A DNA stretch of 32,000 bases from Gemmata obscuriglobus. Its GTDB lineage: Bacteria; Planctomycetota; Planctomycetia; Gemmatales; Gemmataceae. Below the pieces are notes generated by a model that was not told where the DNA came from, did not search any database, and saw only the letters and a program-made list of their open reading frames with translations. The stretch spans positions 7,440,001 to 7,472,000 of the forward strand of contig NZ_CP042911.1 of NCBI RefSeq assembly GCF_008065095.1, given 5' to 3'. The position numbers and the translations under genes are program-made. Shown here piece after piece: positions 1 to 8,961 of the stretch; the stretch's first letter is position 1; each line of letters opens with the position of its first letter.

Positions 1-643
1 CGTCGAGGTCGCGCACCGCTTTTGAGATGCGAATCGCTTCGTGCTGGATCCAGCCGGTGTTGGCGTCCGCGACCAGCCGGTCGCCCGGTTTCAGCACCGC
101 CGCCACGGCCTTAATGCGCTCGATGTCGGTGTCCGGGTCGCCGCCGACCTTCAGTTGGAACCGGCGGTATCCTTCGGCGCGGTAGCCCGCGACGTTGGCG
201 GCCATCGCGTCGGGCGCCTCTTGCGAGATCGCGCGGTAGAGGTGAAAGTCCTCGCCGTACCGCCCGCCGAGCAGCGTGCACACCGGCAGGCCGCTCACTT
301 TACCGAGCACGTCCCAGCACGCGACATCGACGGCCGATTTCACATACGGGTGCCCCTTGAGGGCCGCGTCCATGAGGCGGTTGAGCTTCCCGAGCTGGGT
401 CGGGTCCTGGCCGATGAGCGCGGGGGCGATCTCTTTCAGCCCGGCGCGCACGCCGTTGGCGTAGGCTGGCAGGTACGCCGGGCCGAGCGGGCACACTTCG
501 CCGTAACCCACCACGCCGGTGTCGGTCTCCACCGCGACGACGGTGCTGTCGAACACGGTGACCGACTTACCGCCGGACCATTTGTAGCTGCCCTCGTGCA
601 ACGGCAGATCGACCTGCCACGCCGCGATTCGGGTGATGCGCAT
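1..643 (-). CDS. Enolase-superfamily enzyme (mandelate racemase / muconate lactonizing enzyme family). N-terminal 214 codons only; the 3' end runs off the window.
   Basis: Reverse-strand translation from ATG at 643-641 gives [55 protein letters not shown]...[13 protein letters not shown]...FQLKVGG...LVADANTGW. This shows the capping-domain pattern, a KxK-like LKVG motif and the first metal-ligand DAN motif. The frame has no stop inside the window, so it is absent from the ORF track. The listed 41..655 (+) ORF is its antisense shadow. Confidence 0.85.
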   Translation of the reverse strand, partial: MRITRIAAWQVDLPLHEGSYKWSGGKSVTVFDSTVVAVETDTGVVGYGEVCPLGPAYLPAYANGVRAGLKEIAPALIGQDPTQLGKLNRLMDAALKGHPYVKSAVDVACWDVLGKVSGLPVCTLLGGRYGEDFHLYRAISQEAPDAMAANVAGYRAEGYRRFQLKVGGDPDTDIERIKAVAAVLKPGDRLVADANTGWIQHEAIRISKAVRDLD

Positions 644-934
644 AACCGCTCCTGAACAAAGGGCTTCGACGGGTTCACAGGATCAGACCTACGAAACGGA
701 CCACCGGCTTTGCCCTGTGAATCTTCCGAAAGTGAGGCGCGTGCAATGGTGGGAGGGGCTACTGCCGTTGGAGTGCGCACCGACGGCGCGTCAGTGAGGC
801 CGTGCCTTGAGCCGTGCAACGCCTCAAGGTGATTGATGCGGCGGCGGTTGCTCCCGCTCGCGAGAAGTGAAGCACCGCGCGTTGAGCCCGCGAAACACGG
901 CCCGACGCGAGGTGCGTTCAGGTGGGAAGGGGCA

Positions 935-2008
935 TCAAGCTTGAGCGGCGCCAAGGAGAGCGGTCGCGCGCCAGCGCCGGGTCAGGACGGTTCCGGCGCC
1001 CGTGTATACCAAGCACATTATCGCATCGAACGCATGAGCCGGTCCGTGATCGAGTCCCACGCCACACAGCACGAGAACCCAAACGGCGGCAGCGGAAACC
1101 CGAAACGGCCATTCCCACCGCGCGATCGCCCCGCGCACCACAAAACCGGTCGCGATCACCAGGCACACCGCCCCGATCAGTGTCGGCGGCGGCCCCAACC
1201 CGACGACGCCGGAAACCAACCGCCCGAGGGCAAGTGCGGGCGCGCCGGTTAACTCGATGTACGGTATCGCGGTTGCCCGGAACGACTCGCCGCGTCTCAG
1301 CATCCACCCGCCCGCCACGGTGCCGCAGAACACCGTGACTCCCGCCGTCGCCAGGGAAATCCCAAGGCCGAGGGCCGGGGCTGACGCGCTGCCGAGTACC
1401 TGATCCGCAACGACTTTTGCGAAGAACACGCCGCCGCGCGTATCGGCGGGCACGGTCCGCAGATCCTCATACCGCTCGACCAGAGCGTCCGACGGAACCC
1501 CGCGCCCGTCCGCCGGCGTTCGGGTCGCGTTGCCGATCGCGGTCAGGTCCGCGATCGCCGGTACGACGACCATCGCCAGCGTTGCCGTCCAGCCGATTCC
1601 GGCCGCGTAAGCCGCCAGGGTGGCGGTCAGTGCGGCACTCAACCCGGCCGACACGCCTTCCCAGTGGTTCGCCGGGCGCGCGACCCGGGCCACAATCAGG
1701 CCGATACCGACGAGTGCCACCGCCCCGAGCGCCGCGAGCGCCCAGAGCACCGCGGTGGGCGGTGCGACGGGAACAGCGAGCGCGGGCGCTTCGAGCCCCG
1801 GAAACTGGGTGTACGTGTTCGACACGTTAACCAGCAGCACCGCGAACGAGGTGCACGCGACGGCCGCCGTTGCGGGGGCGGCGAGGAGGCCGACCAGCGC
1901 CGGCCCGAACGTGCGCCGGAACTGATCCCAAAAACCGTGCCGCGTGCCGGGCGGGACGGAGCCGAGGTGATCTGTCACGGCCGTAATCCTCTGAGCCGCG
2001 TGACCCAA
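935..2008 (-). CDS. Hypothetical polytopic integral membrane protein
   Basis: 357-codon ORF with high GC3 and many hydrophobic Ala/Leu/Val/Gly-rich segments (e.g. LVGLLAAPATAAVACTSFAVLLV, AVLWALAALGAVALVGIGLIVA, IGAVCLVIATGFVV). No recognisable family. The start is uncertain: TTG at 2008 or GTG at 1978, with no ATG nearby. Confidence 0.6.
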   Translation of the reverse strand: MGHAAQRITAVTDHLGSVPPGTRHGFWDQFRRTFGPALVGLLAAPATAAVACTSFAVLLVNVSNTYTQFPGLEAPALAVPVAPPTAVLWALAALGAVALVGIGLIVARVARPANHWEGVSAGLSAALTATLAAYAAGIGWTATLAMVVVPAIADLTAIGNATRTPADGRGVPSDALVERYEDLRTVPADTRGGVFFAKVVADQVLGSASAPALGLGISLATAGVTVFCGTVAGGWMLRRGESFRATAIPYIELTGAPALALGRLVSGVVGLGPPPTLIGAVCLVIATGFVVRGAIARWEWPFRVSAAAVWVLVLCGVGLDHGPAHAFDAIMCLVYTGAGTVLTRRWRATALLGAAQA

Positions 2009-2112
2009 TCCGCGCGGCCGGTCAAATGTAGGACACGCTCAGGATCGGGACGCCCGGATTCGCCCTCATGGTTCGACGATCGAGCGCGGCGGCCGAAAGG
2101 CACCTCACTCTT

Positions 2113-3549
2113 TTACGCGATCAGCTCGTTAATCACGTGGCCGTGAACGTCGGTGAGCCGGCGGTCGATGCCGTTGTGCCGCACGGTCAGTTTGGTGTGA
2201 TCGATGCCGAGCAGGTGCAGGACCGTGGCGTGGATGTCGTACACCTCGGTCGGGCTCTTGCGGTCTGCGGGCTTGTACCCGAAGTCGTCGCTCGGGCCGT
2301 GCGTGGTACCGCCCTTGATCCCGCCGCCGCAGAGCCAGTTGGTGAAGCAGTACGGGTTGTGGTCGCGGCCCTTGCCGCCCTGCGACGACGGCATCCGCCC
2401 GAACTCGGTCGTCCAGAGGACGATGGTGTCGTCGAGCAGCCCGGTCCGCTTCAGATCGGCGATGAGGGCGGCGGCGCCGCGGGCCATCCCGTACGCGAGC
2501 GGGCCGTGGTCGCGTTTCACGTCCTCGTGCGAGTCCCAGTTGCGCCGCGGGAACCCGTTATCGTTCCCGCTCCAAATCTGCACGAACCGCACGCCGCGCT
2601 CCAACAGCCGGCGTGCGACGAGGCACTTGCGGCCGAAGTAGTCGGTCTCTTCGACCGGGTTAATGTCCTTGTCGAACGTCCCTTTCCCGTGATCGAGCCC
2701 GTACAGCTTGAGGGTTTCTTTCGTCTCTTTTGAGAGGTCGAGCGCGTCGGGCGCGGCGAGCTGCATTTTCGCGGCGAGCTCGTAGCTCTTGATGCGCGCC
2801 TCCAGTCGCTCGTCGCCCACTCGGGTCGCAAGGTGCGCGCGGTTGAGCCGCGCCAGCAGCGCGCCGCCGGCCTGATCGCTTTCGGGCGTGACGAACGTGG
2901 CCCGCTCGTCCGGGAAGAGGTCCTCAATAGGCGTTTTGGTGCCCGGGTAGATCGCGGTGCCCTGGTGCTGGGCGGGCAGGAACGCGCTGTCCCAGTTCTT
3001 GGTGCCGTTGGAGGCCAGCCCGCGGTGGTCCGGGAGCACGACGAACGTGGGCAGGTTCGCGTTCAGGGTGCCGAGCCCGTAGCTGACCCAGCACCCCATT
3101 CCCGGGAACCCCGGGCGGTTGAACCCGGTGGCCTGGAGCAGCGTGCCCTGGCTGTGGACGCCGGTCTTGCCGACCATGTTGTGAACGAACGCCAGCTCGT
3201 CGATCACGCCGCCGAGCGGCGCGACGACCTCGCCGAGTCGCTTCCCGCATTTCCCGTAAGGTTTGAAGTCCCACACGGGTTTGAGCCACGGCCCCAGGCC
3301 GTTCTGGAACGCCTCGACCTGTTCGCCGAAGTTCGCCTCCTGCCCGTGGCGCTTCACGAGTTCGGGTTTGAAGTCGAACAGGTCGATGTGGCTGGCGCCG
3401 CCGGCCATGAACAGTTGCACCACGCGTTTGGCTTTGGGCTTGTGGTGCAAGCCGCCGTCGGCGCGGGCGCGGTCCGCGCCGAGCAGCGCCGCGAGCGCGA
3501 CGCCGCCCAGCCCGCCGCCCGAGTGGAAGAGGAAGTCACGCCGGTTCAT
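2113..3549 (-). CDS. DUF1501 domain protein (sulfatase-like fold) with twin-arginine signal
   Basis: N-terminus MNRRDFLFHSGGGLGGVALAALLG carries a Tat motif (RRDFL). Conserved DUF1501 blocks are present: VVQLFMAGGASHIDLFDFKPEL, WDSH, GRDHN, DIHATVLHLLGIDH. It is adjacent to a PSCyt/DUF1553 gene, as is usual in planctomycetes. Confidence 0.93.
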   Translation of the reverse strand: MNRRDFLFHSGGGLGGVALAALLGADRARADGGLHHKPKAKRVVQLFMAGGASHIDLFDFKPELVKRHGQEANFGEQVEAFQNGLGPWLKPVWDFKPYGKCGKRLGEVVAPLGGVIDELAFVHNMVGKTGVHSQGTLLQATGFNRPGFPGMGCWVSYGLGTLNANLPTFVVLPDHRGLASNGTKNWDSAFLPAQHQGTAIYPGTKTPIEDLFPDERATFVTPESDQAGGALLARLNRAHLATRVGDERLEARIKSYELAAKMQLAAPDALDLSKETKETLKLYGLDHGKGTFDKDINPVEETDYFGRKCLVARRLLERGVRFVQIWSGNDNGFPRRNWDSHEDVKRDHGPLAYGMARGAAALIADLKRTGLLDDTIVLWTTEFGRMPSSQGGKGRDHNPYCFTNWLCGGGIKGGTTHGPSDDFGYKPADRKSPTEVYDIHATVLHLLGIDHTKLTVRHNGIDRRLTDVHGHVINELIA

Positions 3550-4199
3550 GGGTTTCTCCCTGGGACCGCGGCCGTCCCGGCCGCACCAGCGATGGAATGG
3601 AACCGCGCGCTCCCGAACGGCCAGTCACCCGGGGCGCGGCACAACCCGGCCTTAACCGGGTTGCATTCGATGTAATCCGCGGCCAGCGCAAAATGCTCTG
3701 CGTTACGCACGTACCGGTCGAAATAGTCTTTGTGCCAAAACCGGCCGGTTCGTCCGAGAACCTTATTGGCTTCCTTTGCCGTGAACGACTTCCACGACGC
3801 TACGACGCGCGAAAGGCTCCAGCCGTCCAGCGGGGTGAACAGCGCGTGGACATGGTTCGGCATGACGACCCAGGCGTGGAGCAGATATCGCACGCCGTCG
3901 AAGTACCACAGCGCCCCTTCCACAAGGCGCGCGATGCGCGTGTCGAGTAAGTGGCGCGCGCCGTACCCGGTGTCGAGGTACTTATCTAACCGCTTTCGAA
4001 GCTCCCGTTCATGCTCCGGTTCGGGATGCTCAGTGAGCTCATCCCGCCACCCGGTGACGACACTCGCGGGCACGGAATCGGCAAGGCGGAACGTGACCGT
4101 CTGAGGTAATGCTGCGCCGCCGTCAAAATGCGGGAGGTATCCGCGGCTGTGCCAGCCGCGAGGGTGAGCCTCTGCGTTTTGGTTGGAAGTACGGCCCAT
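3546..4199 (-). CDS. REP-associated tyrosine transposase-like protein (IS200/IS605-type Y1 HUH family)
   Basis: 217 aa. It has the N-terminal SRGYLPHFD motif, the HUH motif in VVMPNHVHALF and a downstream catalytic-type Tyr in ADYIECNPVKAG. The stop TGA overlaps the DUF1501 ATG (ATGA at 3546-3549). The gene is flanked by perfect inverted 27-mers. Confidence 0.85.
   Translation of the reverse strand: MGRTSNQNAEAHPRGWHSRGYLPHFDGGAALPQTVTFRLADSVPASVVTGWRDELTEHPEPEHERELRKRLDKYLDTGYGARHLLDTRIARLVEGALWYFDGVRYLLHAWVVMPNHVHALFTPLDGWSLSRVVASWKSFTAKEANKVLGRTGRFWHKDYFDRYVRNAEHFALAADYIECNPVKAGLCRAPGDWPFGSARFHSIAGAAGTAAVPGRNP
3558..3584. repeat. REP-like 27-bp inverted repeat, left copy (CCCTGGGACCGCGGCCGTCCCGGCCGC)
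   Basis: Exact reverse complement of 4224-4250. It contains alternative short hairpins (GGGAC..GTCCC and GCGGCC..GGCCGC). It lies inside the 3' end of the RAYT-like ORF. Confidence 0.9.
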
Positions 4200-4223
4200 T
4201 TAACGGCGTCCGAGCGTATCGCA

Positions 4224-4250
4224 GCGGCCGGGACGGCCGCGGTCCCAGGG
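4224..4250. repeat. REP-like 27-bp inverted repeat, right copy (GCGGCCGGGACGGCCGCGGTCCCAGGG)
   Basis: Exact reverse complement of 3558-3584. It sits 24 nt upstream of the RAYT-like start codon and ends 1 nt before the stop codon (4252-4254) of the PSCyt gene. Confidence 0.9.
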
Positions 4251-4251
4251 G

Positions 4252-7227
4252 TCAATCCACGAACACGAACTCGTTCAGGTTCAGCACCACGCGGCACGCG
4301 TTCGCCAGACCGTGCTCCTTCGCGTAGCCCGCGAGCGCGTCCCGCTCCGCCGCCGTGGGCGCGCGCCCGAGCGCGAGCCGAAACGCGGCGGTCATTCGCT
4401 CCGCGTCGGTGGCGCCCAACTTCTCGACCCGGGCCGCGAAGTGCTTCGCCATCGCCACCGAGAGCCGGTTGTTCAGGAGCGCCAGAGCCTGCTGGGGCGT
4501 CAGCGTTTCGTTCCGCTTCTCCACCGCCAGCGACGGGTCCGCGCAGTCGAGCGCGGCCATGAAGGGCTGCTGTTTCGACCGCACCACGAACCGGTACACC
4601 GCACGCCGGTGCGTCTTCGTGTCCTCGGGGTCGTGGAGGTGGTACTGGTAGTGCGGCGAGTGCTCCGGCTTCTCGATCACGAAGTCCTGGAAGCTCGGCC
4701 CGCCGGCGGTGAGGTCGAGCTTTCCGGCGGCTGCAAGGATCGAGTCGCGAACGGCCTCCGCTTCGAGCTTCCGCCGGTTCTGGCGCCAGAGGTAGCGGTT
4801 GTCGGCGTCGGCCTTCGTGTTCGCCTCATTCGAACCAGAAACCTGCTTGTAGGTTTGGCTCGTGACGATCAACTTGTGGAGCTTTTTCAGCGACTGGTGC
4901 TCGCGCAGCTCGCTGGCGAGGTAATCGAGCAGTTCGGAATGCGTGGGGAGTTGCCCCATTTTGCCGAAGTCGTTCGGCGTGTCCACGATCCCGCGGCCGA
5001 AGTGGTACTGCCACACGCGGTTCGCCATCACCCGCCAGGTGAGCGGGTTGTTCGCGTCCGTCAGCCACCGCGCCAGCGCCGCCCGCCGTTCGCCCTCGCC
5101 GTGACCGGTAGGCAAGGCGAAGTGCGCGTTCGCACCGGGAACGGCTCCGATCGCCCCGGGCGCCACTTCTTTTCCAGGCTTGGTCACGTCGCCGCGAGCG
5201 AGCACGTGAATCGGCCGCGGCTTGCCGCCACTCGCCCCGGTGCCCACGAACGTGCCGCTGCCGGTGTGGACCGCGCCGACGTATGCCACCCGGCGGGCGG
5301 CCCGGAGCGCGCCGAGTTCGGCGTCGATCGCGGCGATGTCGGCCCCCAGCTCGCCGAGCCGGGCGGCTTCCTTCTCCCCGAGCGCGGCGCGCAGCAGCGT
5401 GTCGCGCCGCTCGGCGAGCCGGGCGCGCTCCCCGGCGTTGAACGCCGGCCCCGGAGCGGCCAGCCCGTCGGTCAGGTTCGACTTCCGCCACCGCACCGGC
5501 GCCTCGGTGCTGTCGAGCGCGGTCACCGGGCGACCGCGGGCGAGGTTCTTGCCCGCGGCGTCGAAGGCTTCAAGTTCGGCCAGTGCGAGGACGTAGTCGT
5601 TCTGTCGCGGCGCGAGCTTGGTCGCCGTCACGCGGACGTATCGGCCCGTTCGGGCACCGGCCGTCGCGCGGTACGGCGCCATACCGGGGGGCGGGAAATC
5701 CTTCCCGGTTTCGTCGGCTAAAACTGTGCTCGTGTTGAACGCCGGATCGTCGCTCAGTTCGATCCGGAACCGGACCGGGAACCCGAACCCGGCGCCGATG
5801 CCGTTGAAGTCGTCGTGACACGGCCTCAGCACAACACGGTCCAGTTTCTGACTCGCGCCGAGATCGACCTGAACCCACTTTACCGCGTCCTGCTTGGTCG
5901 CGATCGCCGAATGGTAGCCGAACTCCGGCGGCTTGGATGCGGGGGCCGGGCGGGCCGCGTCGGCGATCTGCTTCTCGATCGCGGCGAGGTCGGCCCCGGC
6001 CTTGTTCCGGGCCGCAGTTTCGAGTGCGGCCCGTGTGGCCGTCGCGGCCTTCTTGCGCCCCTCCAGCTCCGCGCGCCGGGTGGCAACCTTCGGGTCCGCA
6101 TCGTAAGCGCGGTCGGTGCGGTCGAGGGCCGCGAACACCGCTTGCAGCTTGTAGTAATCCTCCTGCGTGATCGGGTCGAACTTGTGGTTGTGGCACTGGG
6201 CGCAGTGGACCGTCAGCCCCATGAACGTGCCGACCGTGTTCGCGACCATGTCGTCCCGGTCGAGGTGGCGTGCGATCTTGCCATCGACCTTCGACTCAGG
6301 CACCTCGGCGTGGCCGATGAGGTCCCACGGCCCGGCCGCCAGGAACCCCAGCGCCTCGATCCCGTCAACGGTGCCGGGGTACAGCACGTCGCCGGCGACC
6401 TGTTCCGTCACGAACCGGCCGTAGGGCTTGTCGGTGTTGAGCGCGCGGATGACGTAGTCGCGGTACGGCCAGGCGTTCGGGCGCGGCTTGTCCTTGTCGT
6501 ACCCGTGCGTCTCACCAAAGTGGACCACGTCGAGCCAGTGTCGCGCCCAGCGCTCGCCGTACTGCGGTGACGCGAGCAGTTTGTCCACGAGCCGCTCGTA
6601 AACGTCCGGGGCCGTGCTCGCGACGAACGCGTCCACCTCCTCCGGCGCCGGCGGCAGGCCGATGAGGTCGAAGTACAGCCGCCGGATCAGCGTGCGCCGG
6701 TCGGCCTCGGGTGAGGGCGCGAGCCCCTTCTCCCGGAGCTTCGCGCGGACGAACGCATCAACGGGATGCTCCTTCTCAGCGCCGGGAACGGCGGGCCGCT
6801 TGAGCGGCCGAAGGCTCCACCAGTCGAGCGGGTTCGCGGCGGCCGAGCCGTCGTCGGGCCACTTCGCGCCGTCGTCGATCCACCGCTTCAGCACGGCGAC
6901 TTCGGCCGCACTCAACCCCGCTCCCTTCGGGGGCATCCGGGTGTCGGCGTCGGTGCTCGTGACGAGTTTGAGGATGTGACTGTCGGCGGATTTGCCGGGT
7001 TGGATAGCCTTGCCGGAATCGCCGCCGGCGAGGGCGTCGGCCTTGCGGTCCAGCCGGAACCCGCCTTTTTGCTTTTCGGCCCCGTGGCACGACGCGCAGT
7101 GTTTGGCAAAGATCGGTTTGACATCCCGCTCAAAAACGACCGGTTCCGGCGGGGCTGCGGGGGCGCCGGTTCGTACCGCGAGCAGTACGATCCCGAGCGC
7201 GAACGGGAGGGAGAGGTGCATCGGCAT
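4252..7227 (-). CDS. Secreted multidomain protein: planctomycete cytochrome c (PSCyt1), DUF1549 (PSCyt2), F5/8 type C discoidin-like insert, DUF1553 (PSD1)
   Basis: Signal peptide MPMHLSLPFALGIVLLAVRTGAPA. Heme-binding CASCHG lies in FERDVKPIFAKHCASCHGAEKQKGGFRLD. DUF1549 blocks are RRLYFDLIGLPP and CAQCHNHKFDPITQEDYY. A discoidin-like segment reads KWVQVDLGASQKLDRVVLRP...GRYVRVTATKL. The DUF1553 C-terminus is present. The ORF track starts at 7293, but the extra 22 codons are encoded by an intergenic hairpin, so ATG at 7227 is preferred. Confidence 0.93.
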   Translation of the reverse strand: MPMHLSLPFALGIVLLAVRTGAPAAPPEPVVFERDVKPIFAKHCASCHGAEKQKGGFRLDRKADALAGGDSGKAIQPGKSADSHILKLVTSTDADTRMPPKGAGLSAAEVAVLKRWIDDGAKWPDDGSAAANPLDWWSLRPLKRPAVPGAEKEHPVDAFVRAKLREKGLAPSPEADRRTLIRRLYFDLIGLPPAPEEVDAFVASTAPDVYERLVDKLLASPQYGERWARHWLDVVHFGETHGYDKDKPRPNAWPYRDYVIRALNTDKPYGRFVTEQVAGDVLYPGTVDGIEALGFLAAGPWDLIGHAEVPESKVDGKIARHLDRDDMVANTVGTFMGLTVHCAQCHNHKFDPITQEDYYKLQAVFAALDRTDRAYDADPKVATRRAELEGRKKAATATRAALETAARNKAGADLAAIEKQIADAARPAPASKPPEFGYHSAIATKQDAVKWVQVDLGASQKLDRVVLRPCHDDFNGIGAGFGFPVRFRIELSDDPAFNTSTVLADETGKDFPPPGMAPYRATAGARTGRYVRVTATKLAPRQNDYVLALAELEAFDAAGKNLARGRPVTALDSTEAPVRWRKSNLTDGLAAPGPAFNAGERARLAERRDTLLRAALGEKEAARLGELGADIAAIDAELGALRAARRVAYVGAVHTGSGTFVGTGASGGKPRPIHVLARGDVTKPGKEVAPGAIGAVPGANAHFALPTGHGEGERRAALARWLTDANNPLTWRVMANRVWQYHFGRGIVDTPNDFGKMGQLPTHSELLDYLASELREHQSLKKLHKLIVTSQTYKQVSGSNEANTKADADNRYLWRQNRRKLEAEAVRDSILAAAGKLDLTAGGPSFQDFVIEKPEHSPHYQYHLHDPEDTKTHRRAVYRFVVRSKQQPFMAALDCADPSLAVEKRNETLTPQQALALLNNRLSVAMAKHFAARVEKLGATDAERMTAAFRLALGRAPTAAERDALAGYAKEHGLANACRVVLNLNEFVFVD

Positions 7228-7275
7228 GAGGCGGGACTCCGGACGGCCGGACACAGGCGGGATTCGCTGAGCGTA

Positions 7276-7319
7276 CCCGAACCGAGGCGGCAACGCCAGC
7301 GTTGCCGCCCCGGTTCGGG
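7276..7319 (-). promoter_or_regulatory. Strong hairpin (9+10 bp stem with one A/C mismatch, 4-nt loop) in the leader of the PSCyt gene
   Basis: CCCGAACCG-A-GGCGGCAACG ccag CGTTGCCGCC-C-CGGTTCGGG. It lies about 50 nt upstream of ATG 7227 on the transcribed (minus) strand. Confidence 0.4.
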
Positions 7320-7412
7320 CACACGTCGGAAGTCAAAAAGAACGAGGGGCGGGAGCGCGTCGTCGCGCGTAACTCGGGCTCCAGTCGTTTCCAGTTGATC
7401 ACAAGTATGCGC

Positions 7413-7478
7413 CACCCGCCTGCTGACGCAGGCGGTTCGACAGACCCCGGTCGAACCGCCTGCGTCAGCAGGCGGGTG
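7413..7478 (-). terminator. 29-bp perfect-stem hairpin downstream of the CotH gene; each arm is itself palindromic
   Basis: CACCCGCCTGCTGACGCAGGCGGTTCGAC (7413-7441), loop agaccccg, then the exact reverse complement at 7450-7478. Each arm contains CCGCCTGC-TGAC-GCAGGCGG. No U-tract follows. Confidence 0.5.
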
Positions 7479-7542
7479 TAGCCTCCGCGTACTCGGGTCT
7501 CACGCCCGGTCGCCAAGGCCGCGCGAACTTGAACTACTGGAG

Positions 7543-8718
7543 TCACTTTTCCGGCGGCAGGCGCTTGATCTGGTCGTTGACGATCTTCTCCCGCTCCTTG
7601 ATCGCGAACCGCAGCCGGTTCACCTGGTTCTTGTAGTCGCGGGCCGCGCCGCGATCGACCGTGGCCAGCGCCGGCTGCACGACGGCTTCCAGTTCGTCGA
7701 GCCGGCGGATGAGGGCCACCGGGTTGTAGATCTTCTTGTCCATGATCTCGCGGAGCCGGGCGAGGTAGCGCTTCTTGCCCTCCTTCGTGTTCATCAGCTC
7801 GCGGGCCACGCCGCCGCCCCAGTCCGGCATGATCGGCCAGTTGATGTCGTGGAACATCTGGTCCATCCCGGACGGGATGAAGGTGATCTTGTTCGTCTTC
7901 GGGTCGTGGTAAATGCGGTAGTTGTTGCACTTCGACGGGTACCCGTCCCAGTCCGAGGTGATCATCTCGATCACCATGTAGCTGATGAACCGGTCAAGGT
8001 CGAGGAGCTTTTCCAGCTTCTCGAACCGCTTCCGCTCGTTCGGCTCGCGCACCGCCGCCCACAGCGCCTTCAGGTCGGCGTGGTCCTTCACGTCGCCCTT
8101 GCCGGGGTTCACCTCCAGCGGCTGGTCGATCTCGCGCAGGAACCCGCCGTCGTAGAAGTTGCCGTTGCTGCTCCCGAAGTTCTCTTTGAGGAACGTCTTG
8201 TCGTACCCCTCTTTGATGTAGTAGAGCCCGCGGCTGCGGCCGTTGAGCGTGAGCTTCGCGAAGCTGATCCGGGAGGCCGGCACGCCCGCGGCGCGGAACA
8301 TCTCGCCGCAGATCAGCTCCGACAGGAAGCTCGGGTCCTGCGCCGAGTTCGCGAGGTGGAGCTTCTCCATCCCGCGGTACCGCTGCGCGTCGGTGAACTT
8401 ATCCACGTTCAGCGTGAGGCCCGGCTTGTCGTTGAAGTCGCGGTAGCTGCCCGCGGCGCCCTTCAAGTGGATGCCCACATCGACGTACTCGTCCTTTCCG
8501 TCCTTGAGCAAGCACTTGACGTACTTCCGCGGGTCGCGCTGGAGCGCCTCGGTCTCCTTCTTGTCGAGGGTGATGACGAGGTCGAGCACCTGCGGCTTGC
8601 GGAACAGCGCGTCACGGTCGGTGATGACCCGCGGGGCCGGCGGCACTTCTGCGGCCGGGGCGTGCGCCACCGCCAGCGCGCAGGCGCCGAGCACGACGGC
8701 CGAAATGATTCGCTTCAC
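7543..8718 (-). CDS. CotH kinase family protein (secreted)
   Basis: CotH blocks are present: LHLANSAQDPSFLSELICGEMFRAAGVPASRISFAKLTLNGRSRGLYYIKEGYDKTFLKENF and TSDWDGYPSKCNNYRIYHDPKTNKITFIPSGMDQMF. A GTG start at 8718 gives the signal peptide VKRIISAVVLGACALAVAHAPAA. An alternative ATG lies at 8814. The rest of the 589-aa track ORF is antisense to glyQS. Confidence 0.85.
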   Translation of the reverse strand: MKRIISAVVLGACALAVAHAPAAEVPPAPRVITDRDALFRKPQVLDLVITLDKKETEALQRDPRKYVKCLLKDGKDEYVDVGIHLKGAAGSYRDFNDKPGLTLNVDKFTDAQRYRGMEKLHLANSAQDPSFLSELICGEMFRAAGVPASRISFAKLTLNGRSRGLYYIKEGYDKTFLKENFGSSNGNFYDGGFLREIDQPLEVNPGKGDVKDHADLKALWAAVREPNERKRFEKLEKLLDLDRFISYMVIEMITSDWDGYPSKCNNYRIYHDPKTNKITFIPSGMDQMFHDINWPIMPDWGGGVARELMNTKEGKKRYLARLREIMDKKIYNPVALIRRLDELEAVVQPALATVDRGAARDYKNQVNRLRFAIKEREKIVNDQIKRLPPEK

Positions 8719-8961
8719 AACAGGCTCCGGGTGTGCGTGGCGGTGCAGCGTGCCCCGATTGTAGCCCCGGACCGGTGCGGGCCACAAGCGCGAGGGCGGG
8801 CCAGTCCGTATCATGTCCACGCCGCGCGGCAAGGTTCGCCCGAACCCGACACCCGCGGCGGCTCTCCACCACTTAGCGGGGTCCAGGCCAAGGGCTTCGC
8901 ACATGACCGGGCCGCGGGAAGCTCCGCTGACAGGCCCGGTCGAGAGAAAGAGGTACGCGCG

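Larger units (their letters stand above)
3558..4250 (-). mobile_element. RAYT-like gene bracketed by inverted REP-like repeats (REPtron-like unit)
   Basis: An HUH/Y1 gene plus perfect 27-bp inverted flanks fill the whole gap between two genes that are normally adjacent. Confidence 0.6.

Noticed and set aside
41-655. 204-aa (+) ORF at the window start
   Set aside because: It is the antisense shadow of a clearly recognisable enolase-superfamily gene on the minus strand (1..643). The plus-frame product is Arg/Ala/Val-rich with no motifs.
7849-8961. 371-codon N-terminal extension of the glyQS ORF, and the 8719..9312 extension of the CotH ORF
   Set aside because: The two ORFs overlap each other antisense. 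Conserved protein sequence begins at ATG 8962 (GlyRS, with a Shine-Dalgarno sequence) and at the signal peptide from GTG 8718 (CotH).
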